From: an uncultured Negativicutes bacterium
Lineage (GTDB): Bacteria; Bacillota; Negativicutes; JBAXTZ01
Direction: 5' to 3'
DNA: 64,000 bases
NCBI GenBank assembly: GCA_963721525.1
Contig: CAVRJL010000015.1
Location: 1-64,000, forward strand
Shown: positions 52,968 through 63,345 of the stretch, piece by piece
Layout of the letters: each line of letters opens with the position of its first letter
How positions within the stretch are numbered: position 1 is the stretch's first letter
Translations under genes and position numbers: made by a program
Notes under the pieces: generated by a model
Database searches by the model: none
Told to the model about the DNA's origin: nothing
What the model saw: only the letters and a program-made list of their open reading frames with translations

Positions 52968-54827
52968 TTAAATATAATTTTTAACATCTTCTTTGTATTC
53001 TGTTTCACATTGTTTTTTTACATGATCTATAAGTAATTCTAATTCATTATCCGAAACAAATACACCTTGTACTCGCATAGGCTTTATAGAACTAAAAGGA
53101 CTAAATAACATATCTCCTTTTCCCAATAATTTTTCTGCTCCGCCTATGTCTAAGATAGTTCGCGAATCAACTTGTGAAGCAACAGAAAAAGCTATTCTAG
53201 AAGGAATATTATTGCGAATTGTTCCGGTTATAATATCAATTGAAGGTCTCTGTGTAGCCAATATAAGATGAATTCCTGCCGCTCTGGCCTTTTGTGCTAA
53301 TCTGCATACGGCATTCTCCACATCTACTGGAGCTACCATCATCAGGTCAGCTAACTCGTCTATAATTATTACAATAAAAGGTAATTTTTCTTGTTCATTC
53401 TTTTGATTATAACGATTAATATCTCTTACAACCGCTTTAGCAAATAAATTATAGCGTTTATTCATCTCTTTAACTGCCCAATTAAGGGCATTTGAAGCAC
53501 GCTCAGCGTTAGTCACAACAGGAACAAGTAAATGAGGGATACCGTCATAATTAGTTAATTCTACCATTTTCGGATCAATCATAATAAATTTCACTTCGTT
53601 AGGTCGAGCCTTATATAAAATACTGCTTATTATAGAATTAATGCATACGCTTTTACCCGAACCGGTCGAACCTGCGACAAGCAAATGTGGCATATTCGAT
53701 AAATCACTTGTTACTGTATTACCAGTAATATCTTTTCCCAATCCTATGGTTAAAGGTGATTTTGACATACGAAATTCATTGCTGTCAATGATATCATATA
53801 AAGACACGTTAGTAATTATTTTATTTGGAACTTCAATTCCTATGGCAGCTTTACCTGGTATTGGAGCCTCAATTCTTACTGCACCTACGGCAAAGTTTAA
53901 AGCTATATCATCAGCAAGATTTGTTATTTTGCTTACTTTTACGCCAAGCGCCGGTTCCAATTCATACCGCGTAACAGCTGGTCCCACTGCAATGTTTATT
54001 ACTTTAGCTTCTACTCCAAAACTAGCTAAAGTTTCTTCTAAAAATTTCACTAATTCATTAAAGACATCCTTATTTGTGCTTTTTATTTTTACAGGCATAT
54101 GTAATAAATTTAATGATGGTAATTTATATTTATTGTTGTCAGTATTTTTAATTTCACCTTTTAACTCGGAGATTGAAACTATATTATTTTGCTTTGTTTT
54201 AGTGTCTTCTGCTCTTTTAATTTTTTCTACATCAAAAATTTCTTGAGTTTTTTTTATTTTTTTTTCTGGCGTAAATTTTTCACGTTTTTGATGCATTTTA
54301 TCTATTGTATTCGTGTAAATTTTGTTTAAACGTTTTTTATTATCAATAACATAATCTGTTATGGACCATGTTGTAGCTGATATTATAGCTATTAAATTCA
54401 AAAAAAGCAAAACTATATTTGCTCCTATTAGTCCAAATAATTTACGCATTCCTAAAATAATAAACCCAGAAAAAATACCACCGTAATTTTTTATTGTTGC
54501 AGGATTATTAATTGGAATTAATTCTTGTTTTTCAGGAACAAATATTCCGTGGTAAAGTGACAACGAAAATAAAAAAAGACTTATTATAGCTAAAAATCTT
54601 AAAGAGTACTTTATAGGACGTCGCGTGATAATATATTTAAAGCCTATAACTATAAAAATAATAGATACAACATATCCTCCTATTCCAAATCCGTAAACTA
54701 AAAAATATTTAATAAATTCGCCTACAAATCCAATATTTTTTACTAACAAAGTAGATAATGAAAATACACCAAACCCTGTGTATATTATACCAATAATCTC
54801 ATACTTTATTTTTTGCGCATTCGCCAT
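52968..54827 (-). CDS. ftsK: FtsK/SpoIIIE translocase, lacking C-terminal gamma domain
   Basis: N-terminal TMs, [38 protein letters not shown]; stops about 25 aa after RVQG. Confidence 0.95.
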   Translation of the reverse strand: MANAQKIKYEIIGIIYTGFGVFSLSTLLVKNIGFVGEFIKYFLVYGFGIGGYVVSIIFIVIGFKYIITRRPIKYSLRFLAIISLFLFSLSLYHGIFVPEKQELIPINNPATIKNYGGIFSGFIILGMRKLFGLIGANIVLLFLNLIAIISATTWSITDYVIDNKKRLNKIYTNTIDKMHQKREKFTPEKKIKKTQEIFDVEKIKRAEDTKTKQNNIVSISELKGEIKNTDNNKYKLPSLNLLHMPVKIKSTNKDVFNELVKFLEETLASFGVEAKVINIAVGPAVTRYELEPALGVKVSKITNLADDIALNFAVGAVRIEAPIPGKAAIGIEVPNKIITNVSLYDIIDSNEFRMSKSPLTIGLGKDITGNTVTSDLSNMPHLLVAGSTGSGKSVCINSIISSILYKARPNEVKFIMIDPKMVELTNYDGIPHLLVPVVTNAERASNALNWAVKEMNKRYNLFAKAVVRDINRYNQKNEQEKLPFIVIIIDELADLMMVAPVDVENAVCRLAQKARAAGIHLILATQRPSIDIITGTIRNNIPSRIAFSVASQVDSRTILDIGGAEKLLGKGDMLFSPFSSIKPMRVQGVFVSDNELELLIDHVKKQCETEYKEDVKNYI

Positions 54828-54951
54828 ATGTCACCATAATTATTATATTTTTTATTATTATAACAAACGTAATATAATAAAGCTAGGTTTTCTATTTTTA
54901 AATTATTCTTATTTGAATACAACCTATCTTTATATCACAAAATAGAGCAGA

Positions 54952-54988
54952 AATAAAAACCAATGTTAAACTAACATTGGTTTTTATT
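54952..54988 (-). terminator. terminator of tRNA operon
   Basis: 17-bp inverted repeat AATAAAAACCAATGTTA/TAACATTGGTTTTTATT. Confidence 0.9.
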
Positions 54989-55001
54989 ATGTTAATATTT
55001 T

Positions 55002-55090
55002 TGGTGCCGAGGACCGGAATCGAACCGGTACGAGTATCACTACCCGAGGGATTTTAAGTCCCTTGCGTCTGCCAGTTCCGCCACCCCGGC
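55002..55090 (-). tRNA. tRNA-Leu(TAA)
   Basis: AGGGA-CT-TAA-AA-TCCCT; CCA. Confidence 0.97.
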
Positions 55091-55098
55091 TTTTTTTG

Positions 55099-55172
55099 TG
55101 GAGGCGGCACTCAGATTTGAACTGAGGATAAAGGATTTGCAGACCTCTGCCTTACCACTTGGCTATGCCGCC
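55099..55172 (-). tRNA. tRNA-Cys(GCA)
   Basis: GAGGT-CT-GCA-AA-TCCTT; CCA. Confidence 0.96.
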
Positions 55173-55178
55173 AAAATC

Positions 55179-55253
55179 TGGAGCGGAAAACGAGATTCGA
55201 ACTCGCGACCCTCGCCTTGGCAAGGCGATGCTCTACCACTGAGCTATTTCCGC
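55179..55253 (-). tRNA. tRNA-Gly(GCC)
   Basis: TCGCC-TT-GCC-AA-GGCGA; CCA. Confidence 0.97.
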
Positions 55254-55263
55254 AAGTGCTTCA

Positions 55264-55339
<76 letters not shown>

Positions 55340-55350
55340 ATTAACATAAA

Positions 55351-55427
55351 TGGCGACCCCGAAGGGATTTGAACCCTCGATCTCCGCCGTGACAGGGCGG
55401 CATGTTAAACCACTACACCACGGGGCC
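55351..55427 (-). tRNA. tRNA-Asp(GTC)
   Basis: CCGCC-CT-GTC-AC-GGCGG; CCA. Confidence 0.97.
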
Positions 55428-55449
55428 ACATTTATTTAAGACAAACGTT

Positions 55450-55478
55450 ATTATATTCAATAACCGCTAAATTGTCAA
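55450..55478 (-). promoter_or_regulatory. consensus sigma-A promoter of tRNA operon
   Basis: TTGACA-17 nt-TATAAT on - strand. Confidence 0.88.
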
Positions 55479-55527
55479 CCTTAATTAAATTAATATATTT
55501 TTCTCCTATTTTAAATCTCATTTTTTA

Positions 55528-56112
55528 TCATTTATCATTATCGATTTTTCCTATTTTTTTACCCAATATTCTATCTAAAACTATAGCAACTGCTGATCGA
55601 ACGCAAAGATGATTATAATTTGTTTCAGTTTTTATCGGTTCTAATATATAATCAAATTTTTCTATTATGTTTTTCGCTAAACCATTACCTGTACCAAACA
55701 ACAATAATAATGGATTTTTTTTATTTGTTGCCAACGTTCTTGCCTGATCATAAGTTATTGTATTAGGATATATTCGAGCATCAGTGATAACTACTACAGG
55801 TTTTTTGTTTTCTTTTTGCATAATTTTTTCTATAACTTCCTCAATGTCTGATACGATCATAGTTGATGTCAAGGCTTTATTTCTATCAGGATTGTATATA
55901 GATCCGAAACCGTTTTGCCAATAATCCAATATTTTTTGTACGATTTCTACCTGTTTACGCTGCGGATGAATAATAAAATAGTTTTTTATTCCGTAAGTTA
56001 TTGCTGTGCGCGATATATCATGTACATCAAAATTGGTTACAGCAGTTGTTATTATATCATAGTTTTTATTATACACGGGATAATGCACAAGTCCTATATA
56101 TACTTTACTCAT
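55528..56112 (-). CDS. SPOUT RNA methyltransferase (TrmD-associated family)
   Basis: YIGLVHYPVYNK, VTNFDVHDISR, LLLFGTG.GL, YNHLCVRSA. Confidence 0.93.
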   Translation of the reverse strand: MSKVYIGLVHYPVYNKNYDIITTAVTNFDVHDISRTAITYGIKNYFIIHPQRKQVEIVQKILDYWQNGFGSIYNPDRNKALTSTMIVSDIEEVIEKIMQKENKKPVVVITDARIYPNTITYDQARTLATNKKNPLLLLFGTGNGLAKNIIEKFDYILEPIKTETNYNHLCVRSAVAIVLDRILGKKIGKIDNDK

Positions 56113-56806
56113 TAATTTCTTCCTTAGCATCTAATAAATCAGGACGCAATTCTTTAGTTATTTTTTTTGACTCTTGTACCCTCCATTTTTTTATCTGCTC
56201 ATGATTCCCGCTCAATAGAACTGCCGGGACTTTTTCATTTAAATATTCACGCGGACGCGTATATTGCGGATATTCTAAATAGTTGTTGTTAAATGATTCA
56301 TTATCAATGCTTTTTTTTGATCCTAATACTCCAGGAACTAAACGTGCGATAGAATCAATTATTACCATTGCAGGCAACTCTCCTCCTGTTAAAATATAAT
56401 CACCAATAGAATAAGTATTTGCGTCTAAAATTATTTTTACCCTTTCGTCAATCCCTTCATAATGTCCGCATATTAATATCAAATGTTGTACCAATGAAAA
56501 TTCTACCGCATCTTTTTGTTTAAATAATTTCCCTGCAGGACTTAATATTATTATTTTTACATTTTCCTTATTTGTTTGCTTTTTTATATATTCAACAGCT
56601 TGTACAATAGGTTCAGGCATCATAACCATTCCTGCTCCTCCGCCATAAGGATAGTTGTCAACCTTATTATGTTTATTAACTGCAAAATCGCGTAAGTTAA
56701 TCAGCTTTATAGATATTAATTTTGTTTTTATAGCACGTTTAACTATACTATATTCAAAGGGGCCGTTAAACATTTCAGGGAACAATGAAATAATGGAAAT
56801 TTTCAT
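56105..56806 (-). CDS. trmD: tRNA (G37-N1) methyltransferase
   Basis: PYGGGAGMV, CGHYEGIDER, SIGDYILTGGE, LEYPQYTRP. Confidence 0.98.
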   Translation of the reverse strand: MKISIISLFPEMFNGPFEYSIVKRAIKTKLISIKLINLRDFAVNKHNKVDNYPYGGGAGMVMMPEPIVQAVEYIKKQTNKENVKIIILSPAGKLFKQKDAVEFSLVQHLILICGHYEGIDERVKIILDANTYSIGDYILTGGELPAMVIIDSIARLVPGVLGSKKSIDNESFNNNYLEYPQYTRPREYLNEKVPAVLLSGNHEQIKKWRVQESKKITKELRPDLLDAKEEINE

Positions 56807-57300
56807 TAAATTTCTTTCAAAATTTTTACTTTAATTTGTTTATTTATTATATCTATATGTTTCACAACTCTTTTTATTGCAGGAATTAGAATACATTCGT
56901 TTTGTTCGCTTTCAACAATATATATATCATTACTTATAGTTCTATAAACATCAATTATTTTGCCTAACAAGCGCTTTTCTTCATATACTTTACAGCCGAT
57001 AATTTCGAATATATAATATGTTCCCTCACTCAAAGGAGTAAGCTCGTTTTGTGTTATTTCTAAATATTGATTATTGAATCGCTCTGCGCTTGTTCTATCA
57101 TTTATATTAGCTAGTTTAATAAGAAAATATTCTTTATTTTTTATTTGAGCCACTTTCTCAATATTATACTTTTTACCATTTATAACTACATCATTCATTT
57201 TTATAAAACGTTTGAGAAAATCTGTAAGTGGTTTTATTTTCATTTCTCCCTTGATACCATGAGCACAACAAATAATCCCTATTTTTATTAATTCATTCAT
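56806..57300 (-). CDS. rimM: ribosome maturation factor RimM
   Basis: IGII..AHGIKGE, YYIFEIIG, NDIYIV, LIPA. Confidence 0.95.
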   Translation of the reverse strand: MNELIKIGIICCAHGIKGEMKIKPLTDFLKRFIKMNDVVINGKKYNIEKVAQIKNKEYFLIKLANINDRTSAERFNNQYLEITQNELTPLSEGTYYIFEIIGCKVYEEKRLLGKIIDVYRTISNDIYIVESEQNECILIPAIKRVVKHIDIINKQIKVKILKEI

Positions 57301-57305
57301 AGCGA

Positions 57306-57437
57306 TTATTGCTGTAACCTGATAACAATAATTTTTCTGTCTCCAGGTAATATATGTTAACATATAATTTCTTCAAAGTTATTACCTACTCCAACTTTCA
57401 TTTCGAATTTCAGCTCTTATTTTTATCTCATAATCCA
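57306..57437 (-). pseudogene. YlqD-like C-terminal remnant
   Basis: MKVGVGNNFEEIIC*HILPGDRKIIVIR ~ YlqD 'VKVGDNFxxIxxxEIxxxDGKIxxIR'; between rpsP and rimM. Confidence 0.55.
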
Positions 57438-57743
57438 TTATTTACTTGACCATTTTTCATTTACAGTAACTTTATTAACGTCTTTGTTTGAACTGTTATT
57501 TTTACTAATATTATTTTTCTTAAGTAAACTTTTTACGGTATCAGTGGGCTGAGCACCTTTATTAAGCCAATGTACAAGTTTATCAATTTTGATATTTACT
57601 TCAGCAGGATTTTTTGTAGAATCATATGTTCCTAAAATTTCAATAAAACGACCATCGCGAGGCGAACGGGAATCCGCTGCTATTATACGATAAAAAGGTT
57701 TTTTGTTTGATCCAAAACGGCTTAAACGAATTTTTACTGCCAT
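57438..57743 (-). CDS. rpsP: 30S ribosomal protein S16
   Basis: [29 protein letters not shown]. Confidence 0.99.
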   Translation of the reverse strand: MAVKIRLSRFGSNKKPFYRIIAADSRSPRDGRFIEILGTYDSTKNPAEVNIKIDKLVHWLNKGAQPTDTVKSLLKKNNISKNNSSNKDVNKVTVNEKWSSK

Positions 57744-57811
57744 ATATAATTTCTCCTTAAGTTTTTATTTTTTTCTTTTTTATTTTTTATATTTAAGATA
57801 TTTAAAAAGGA

Positions 57812-59155
57812 TTAAAATCCATTAAATATCTTAGGTATTCCTTTAAAATTTTTTCCAGACACTTTTACCATTTTTTTCATCATTTTTTTTGTTGACTCAA
57901 ATTGGTTAAGTAATCTGTTTATATCTTGAACATCAGTTCCACTTCCTTTTGCTACTCTTTGTTTGCGGTGGGCATTCATTATTTCCGGTTTTCGTTTCTC
58001 CTGAAGAGTCATAGAGTGAATAATTGCTTCTATTTTTACTACTTGACTATTATCAACTGGAGAATGTTTGCACTGAGCTAATTTACTACCTATACCAGGT
58101 ATTAGTCTCATAATTTGCGATAATGAACCCATTTTTTTTATATTCTGTAATTGATCAAGTAAATCATCAAGAGTAAATTCTTGTTTACGTAATTTATTTT
58201 CTAAAACAGAATTATTTTTTTCATCAAACGCAACTTCAGCTTTTTCCACAAGAGATAATATGTCTCCCATACCAAGTATTCGAGAAGCCATTCTTTCTGG
58301 ATGAAATTGTTCTATACCATCAACTTTTTCGCTTATACCTATATATTTAATCGGCTTTCCTGTTATTGCTTTTGCGGATAATGCTGCTCCGCCACGAGCG
58401 TCCCCATCTAACTTAGTTAATATCATGCCGGTTATATCCAATTTTTTATTAAATGTTTCGGCAATATTTATTGCGTCTTGCCCTGTAATAGCATCTATGA
58501 CCAACAAAATTTCGTGTGGCTTGACACAACTTTTTATATCTAGTAACTCCTGCATTAAAATTTCATCAATATGCATCCTTCCAGCGGTATCAATAATGAT
58601 AATATCACATGCATATTGAGCTGCATATTTTAGGGCATTTACTGTAATTTCTTGCGGCTTTACTTTGTTTCCCATTTGAAAAACATGAATCTTAGTTTTT
58701 TCTCCTAGTACCTGCAATTGTTTTATTGCTGCTAATCGATAAATATCGGCAGCTACAACCAAAGGGTTTTTTCCTTGTTTTTTAAGTTCCTTTGCCAATT
58801 TAATAGATGTAATTGTTTTACCGCTTCCTTGTAAGCCAACCATCATAATTATAGTTGGAGGATTTGAAGACATTGATATTTTATTATACTTTTCTCCCAT
58901 CAAAGAAGTTAATTCTTTATAAACTATTTTTATTATGTGTTGGACAGGAGTTAAACTTTCTATTACTTGCACTCCTACTGCCTGATTTTTTACCTTTTCT
59001 ATAAATTCTTTTATAACTTTAAGGTTCACATCAGCTTCTAATAAAGCCATCCTAACATCACGAAGAGCTTCAGCAATATCCGTTTCTCTTAATTTCCCTT
59101 TACTCCGTAATTTTTTAAACGTTAGTTGTAATTTTTCTGAAAGCGCGCTAAACAT
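57812..59155 (-). CDS. ffh: signal recognition particle protein
   Basis: ALLEADV, GLQGSGK, DTAGR, TKLDGDARGG, SRILGMGD. Confidence 0.99.
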   Translation of the reverse strand: MFSALSEKLQLTFKKLRSKGKLRETDIAEALRDVRMALLEADVNLKVIKEFIEKVKNQAVGVQVIESLTPVQHIIKIVYKELTSLMGEKYNKISMSSNPPTIIMMVGLQGSGKTITSIKLAKELKKQGKNPLVVAADIYRLAAIKQLQVLGEKTKIHVFQMGNKVKPQEITVNALKYAAQYACDIIIIDTAGRMHIDEILMQELLDIKSCVKPHEILLVIDAITGQDAINIAETFNKKLDITGMILTKLDGDARGGAALSAKAITGKPIKYIGISEKVDGIEQFHPERMASRILGMGDILSLVEKAEVAFDEKNNSVLENKLRKQEFTLDDLLDQLQNIKKMGSLSQIMRLIPGIGSKLAQCKHSPVDNSQVVKIEAIIHSMTLQEKRKPEIMNAHRKQRVAKGSGTDVQDINRLLNQFESTKKMMKKMVKVSGKNFKGIPKIFNGF

Positions 59156-59159
59156 TAAT

Positions 59160-59397
59160 AATTCCTCCGTCTATTGTAATTAATAATTAAACTTCAGTTC
59201 TATAAAAGCTAATTTTTAACTATTTATTCAAAATTTGTTACTTGACTAATTTAATCGCAATAACTTTTCTATTTTATTCATTATATACCTTAATAACACT
59301 TAATTTTAGAATTTCTGAGTATTTTGTTGTTAGTAATAAATAATATTTGTCAAATAATTATGTTAAATAAAGATTTTTATTTATCGTAAACACCATT
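59160..59397 (-). pseudogene. YlxM remnant
   Basis: LFDKYYLLLTTKYSEILKL ~ YlxM 'LFDFYxxLLTxKQxxxLxL'; directly upstream of ffh. Confidence 0.6.
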
Positions 59398-59451
59398 CTA
59401 TTATGAACAAAGTTATTCCGTCAAGTAAACTGCACTCTTTACAGGTTAAAT

Positions 59452-60720
59452 TTATTTACGTTTTTTAATTTTTACAATTATATTTTTATCAGTTAAAAAA
59501 TCCTTATAATTTAGCGCACGACTATGTTCTGTATGAACCCATTTAGAATTACGATGGTGAAAAAGTCCGATAAAAGCGATAGGTATCCAGCTAAGCATAA
59601 ATACTGGATAAAAAGGTAAATAATACCATATTTTCCCTTTTGCTCTCATTCTTATAAGAATATAAGTCATTATAATATATTGAACATAAGTAAACATTTG
59701 TTGTAAAGATAATGGCAACAAATAATGTAAAATAAAAGTATATTTTATAGTTACCTGCGAAATAATCATAAAAATTGTTGATGATATTAAAAATAAAGGT
59801 TGTAATAAAATTGTTATTATCTCCAATAGACGAATATCAAATTTTTTTATTCCAGACTTTATGATTTTCGGAATATACCTAAATGCTACATCAAATTGAC
59901 CTTGCAGCCACCTTTTTCGTTGTCGCCAACTTTGTATGAAAGTAAGTGGTTTCTCATCATATACTATAGCTTCATGAGCCCAAGTTGTTTTACATCCTAT
60001 GAGCATAGCTTTCATAGTAAATTCCATGTCTTCAACAAGACAAGTTGTTTCCCATCCAATCTTTTTTAATAAGTCATAAGATATGCACATACCTGTTCCA
60101 CCTAAACAGCAAGATAATCCCATATTATATTTAGCTAAATGCCAAACATGATTTACTACCCAAAACATCATAGAAAAATTTGCTGATATCCAGGTATCAT
60201 TAGGATTTTTACTATCAATAAATCCTTGAATAACTTTTTCTCCGCGCGATAATCGATTATTCATTACGAGCAAAAAATCCGGATGAACAAAATTGTCAGC
60301 ATCAAATACACATATTCCGTTATATTCTTTATCTATTTTAGCCATTTTTTTTAACAGCCATTCTAGCGCATATCCTTTACCTCGTTTGTTAGTATTAAAA
60401 CGCTCAAATACTTTTATTCCTGTTTCTTTAATTATCTGCGCTGTTTTATCTGTACAATTATCTGCTACCACATATATATCATATAAGTAATTAGGATAAT
60501 TTAAAGCTTGTAAATTTTTAATAAGCTGACTAATTACTTTTTCTTCGTTATGAGCTAGGATAAATAAAGCGAATCTATTTTTAGGATCAATATTTTTTTT
60601 TTCTTTTCTATGCCATAACCCAAAAAAACCTACTATAAAATAGTACCATGAAAACAATATTATAAATATTTGTAAAGGCACCATAATTATATCAAGAACA
60701 TGCATTAAATAACCTTCCAC
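59452..60720 (-). CDS. GT2 family membrane glycosyltransferase
   Basis: AHNEE, ADNCTD, GKGYAL, FDAD, ED, QRKRW. Confidence 0.93.
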   Translation of the reverse strand: MEGYLMHVLDIIMVPLQIFIILFSWYYFIVGFFGLWHRKEKKNIDPKNRFALFILAHNEEKVISQLIKNLQALNYPNYLYDIYVVADNCTDKTAQIIKETGIKVFERFNTNKRGKGYALEWLLKKMAKIDKEYNGICVFDADNFVHPDFLLVMNNRLSRGEKVIQGFIDSKNPNDTWISANFSMMFWVVNHVWHLAKYNMGLSCCLGGTGMCISYDLLKKIGWETTCLVEDMEFTMKAMLIGCKTTWAHEAIVYDEKPLTFIQSWRQRKRWLQGQFDVAFRYIPKIIKSGIKKFDIRLLEIITILLQPLFLISSTIFMIISQVTIKYTFILHYLLPLSLQQMFTYVQYIIMTYILIRMRAKGKIWYYLPFYPVFMLSWIPIAFIGLFHHRNSKWVHTEHSRALNYKDFLTDKNIIVKIKKRK

Positions 60721-60723
60721 TCT

Positions 60724-61386
60724 TTAATTTGCTAAAAAATTTATAAAACCAAAACATATATAACAAATCGTTATGCTAAATAAAACAAGATAGACTGAAA
60801 AAGAAAAAGAAATCAAGATTATTAAAGCCAATAATGATGAAGGTATCCAAAGCAATTTTCGAAAACAATTATTTTCCCTTTTAAAATCAGGTAATTTTAA
60901 AATACTCACCATTAAAATCCCTACTAGCAAGACATATATTACATTTATCCATATAGGTAAAGATAAATCGCTAAGTGCATAACTTACTATAGCAATACCT
61001 GCTATTGGAGTAGGTACTCCTTGAAAATAGCCCTTTATGCTATTTTCAGTAATATTAAAACGAGCTAATCTCCATATTCCGCATAAAACAAATACTGCAG
61101 CAATTACTGCCCCAAGCCAATTTAATGACTTTAAGCATTTAAAATATACTAAAATTGCTGGTGCTGCTCCAAAAGAAATAGCATCACATAATGAATCAAG
61201 TTCTTTCCCCATATCGTCTGATACATTAAAAAATCTAGCTATACGACCATCAAGCACATCTGCTACAGCAGCTAATAATATTAATAACGCTGCTAAAGTA
61301 TAAAAGCCGTTTATAGTAGCGATAATAGCTAAAACTCCGAATAAAGCATTAGACAAAGTAAATATATTAGGTATCAAGTTTTTCAT
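60724..61386 (-). CDS. pssA: CDP-diacylglycerol--serine O-phosphatidyltransferase
   Basis: PNIFTL, DVLDGRIAR..GKELDSLCDAISFG, RLARFN. Confidence 0.96.
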   Translation of the reverse strand: MKNLIPNIFTLSNALFGVLAIIATINGFYTLAALLILLAAVADVLDGRIARFFNVSDDMGKELDSLCDAISFGAAPAILVYFKCLKSLNWLGAVIAAVFVLCGIWRLARFNITENSIKGYFQGVPTPIAGIAIVSYALSDLSLPIWINVIYVLLVGILMVSILKLPDFKRENNCFRKLLWIPSSLLALIILISFSFSVYLVLFSITICYICFGFINFLAN

Positions 61387-62030
61387 TACTTCACCTTAGG
61401 TAAAATACCTATAATAGTTTCACCGCAACGCACTTTATCTCCTTTTTTTACCTTTATATCAACAAATTCAGGGACAATAATTTCAGTACAAGAACCAAAT
61501 TTTATCATTCCGTACTCTATTCCTTTTTTTAATTCGCTTCCTAATTTTACCCAAGAAACAATTCGTCTAGCTAATATTCCTGCGATCTGAGTAACTAATA
61601 CTTTTATTTCCCCATTATCTATTCCTATAGAATGACGTTCGTTTTCCCAAGAAACAAAAGACTTGTAAGCTGGAAAAAACCGCCCTTGACAATATTGCCG
61701 AAATTTTATTTTTCCTTCAATAGGGCTTCTGTTTATATGCACATTAAATGGGGATAAAAAAATTGTTATTTTTATTCCTGGTGCATCTATAAAATCCCCC
61801 TCAAAAATTTTTTCAACACCCATAACCTTACCTTCTGCAGGGGAGACAATAAAAAATTTATTTATCGGAATATTTCTTTTCGGATTGCGAAAAAACCAAA
61901 ACATATACGCAGTTAAAATAAAAAATGGGCTACTTGACACTAAATTAATATATTTATAAACACCTATTGTTATTAACATAAAAACGATAATAAATAAAAA
62001 TCCTTCTTGAACAATAATTCCTTTTTTCAT
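61386..62030 (-). CDS. psd: phosphatidylserine decarboxylase
   Basis: FFRNP, FNVHINRSP, QIAG..ARRI, KFGS cleavage motif. Confidence 0.96.
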   Translation of the reverse strand: MKKGIIVQEGFLFIIVFMLITIGVYKYINLVSSSPFFILTAYMFWFFRNPKRNIPINKFFIVSPAEGKVMGVEKIFEGDFIDAPGIKITIFLSPFNVHINRSPIEGKIKFRQYCQGRFFPAYKSFVSWENERHSIGIDNGEIKVLVTQIAGILARRIVSWVKLGSELKKGIEYGMIKFGSCTEIIVPEFVDIKVKKGDKVRCGETIIGILPKVK

Positions 62031-62063
62031 ATTTTAAAACCAAAATAATTATTCATTAAACCT

Positions 62064-62801
62064 TTAATTATCACCATTTTTTTTATTCTTTAATATTGCC
62101 AAAACAAATTTAGGTAAAGTTAATACTCTTTTGAAACGATAAGGTTCTTTTATTAATCTATAGAACCATTCCAGATGTATATTCTGCATCCACAACGGAG
62201 CTCTTTTAGCTGTTTTAGCCAAAATATCAAATGTTCCTCCTACTCCGATTGCAAGTGAAATTTTCAATTTATCAGCGTTATTTGATATCCAAAATTCTTG
62301 TTTTGGCACTCCTAAACCAACAAGTAAAATATCGGGAGTAACTTGATTGATTTTTTCTATAATTTTTTCATTATCTTTTGGAATAAAATATCCATCATTA
62401 CAGCCACATATCAATATTCCAGGGAAATTATTTTCAACATTAATTTTAGCTTTTTCTATTATCTCTTTGGTTGCTCCTAAAAAAAAAAGTCGATATTTTT
62501 CTTTAATTGCTTGGGTAAATAACTTTTTCGCTAAATCAAATCCTGTAACTCTTTCATAAATAGAATGTCCATAATATTTTGCTGCTAAAACTACACCTGC
62601 TCCATCAGGAATGGCTAAATAAGCTTTATTGATAATTTCAGCCAGTTTTTTATTTTTTTGTGCTTGCATAATCATTTCGGTATTTACAGTAACTATATGG
62701 GAAAATTGCTTACTAGAAATTATTTTTTTACAATAAGCAATTGTTTCGTTCATTGTTACAATATCTACTCGCATACCTAATAATTTTAGTGATTTCAACA
62801 T
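62064..62801 (-). CDS. WecG/TagA/CpsF glycosyltransferase
   Basis: VTVNTE, PDGAGV, ERVTGFDL, VGLGVPKQE, VGGTFD, LEWFYRL. Confidence 0.95.
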   Translation of the reverse strand: MLKSLKLLGMRVDIVTMNETIAYCKKIISSKQFSHIVTVNTEMIMQAQKNKKLAEIINKAYLAIPDGAGVVLAAKYYGHSIYERVTGFDLAKKLFTQAIKEKYRLFFLGATKEIIEKAKINVENNFPGILICGCNDGYFIPKDNEKIIEKINQVTPDILLVGLGVPKQEFWISNNADKLKISLAIGVGGTFDILAKTAKRAPLWMQNIHLEWFYRLIKEPYRFKRVLTLPKFVLAILKNKKNGDN

Positions 62802-62859
62802 TCATTAATCCTTTAATTTTAACTTATTAAAAATTTGAAAAATTTTTTCTTATAAAATT

Positions 62860-63345
62860 ATTTATTATTGTATGGGCTAATTTTAAATATTCTTTTCTTT
62901 ATTTTCTCAATTCTACTGTTAAATCTATTTTTTTATACTTTTAAAATTATTACATTTACAATATCTCCATTATTATATTTTTGTATAATTTTAAATCAAA
63001 GCTCAGACTGCAAAGCTTTTATGTTCAAACTTATTCGCTTACTTTTAATATTTCGTTGGTACTATTAATTTTTCAATTAGCTCTAGTAAAATAAACTTCG
63101 ATTAATTATCAAGATTTTTAACATACTCTAAAGCTAATTGCGAAAAAGAAAAAACTCCTTTGCATAAATGCTTAATTGTTCGGAATAAATTTTTTTAGTA
63201 TGTATCATGCTAGTGTTTTATATTCTTTTATTTTTGGCAAAAACACCCTGACCTACAAAAACAATATTTTTTAATATACTTATAATTTCTATTCGAAAGA
63301 TATCACTTTTACGAATATTTTTACTTTCTTTGGTACGTTCTTTCA
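62860..63345 (-). pseudogene. rpsA: ribosomal protein S1 remnant (former C-terminal half of IspH-S1 fusion)
   Basis: NIRKSDIFRIEIISILKNIVFV and KSKRISLNIKALQSEL*FKIIQKYNNGDIV match S1 repeat motifs; stops and deletions. Confidence 0.75.

Noticed and set aside
59341-59368. TTATGTTAAAT (perfect XerD arm)
   Set aside because: No XerC-like left arm, lies within the ylxM remnant and far from the strand switch; likely chance in AT-rich DNA
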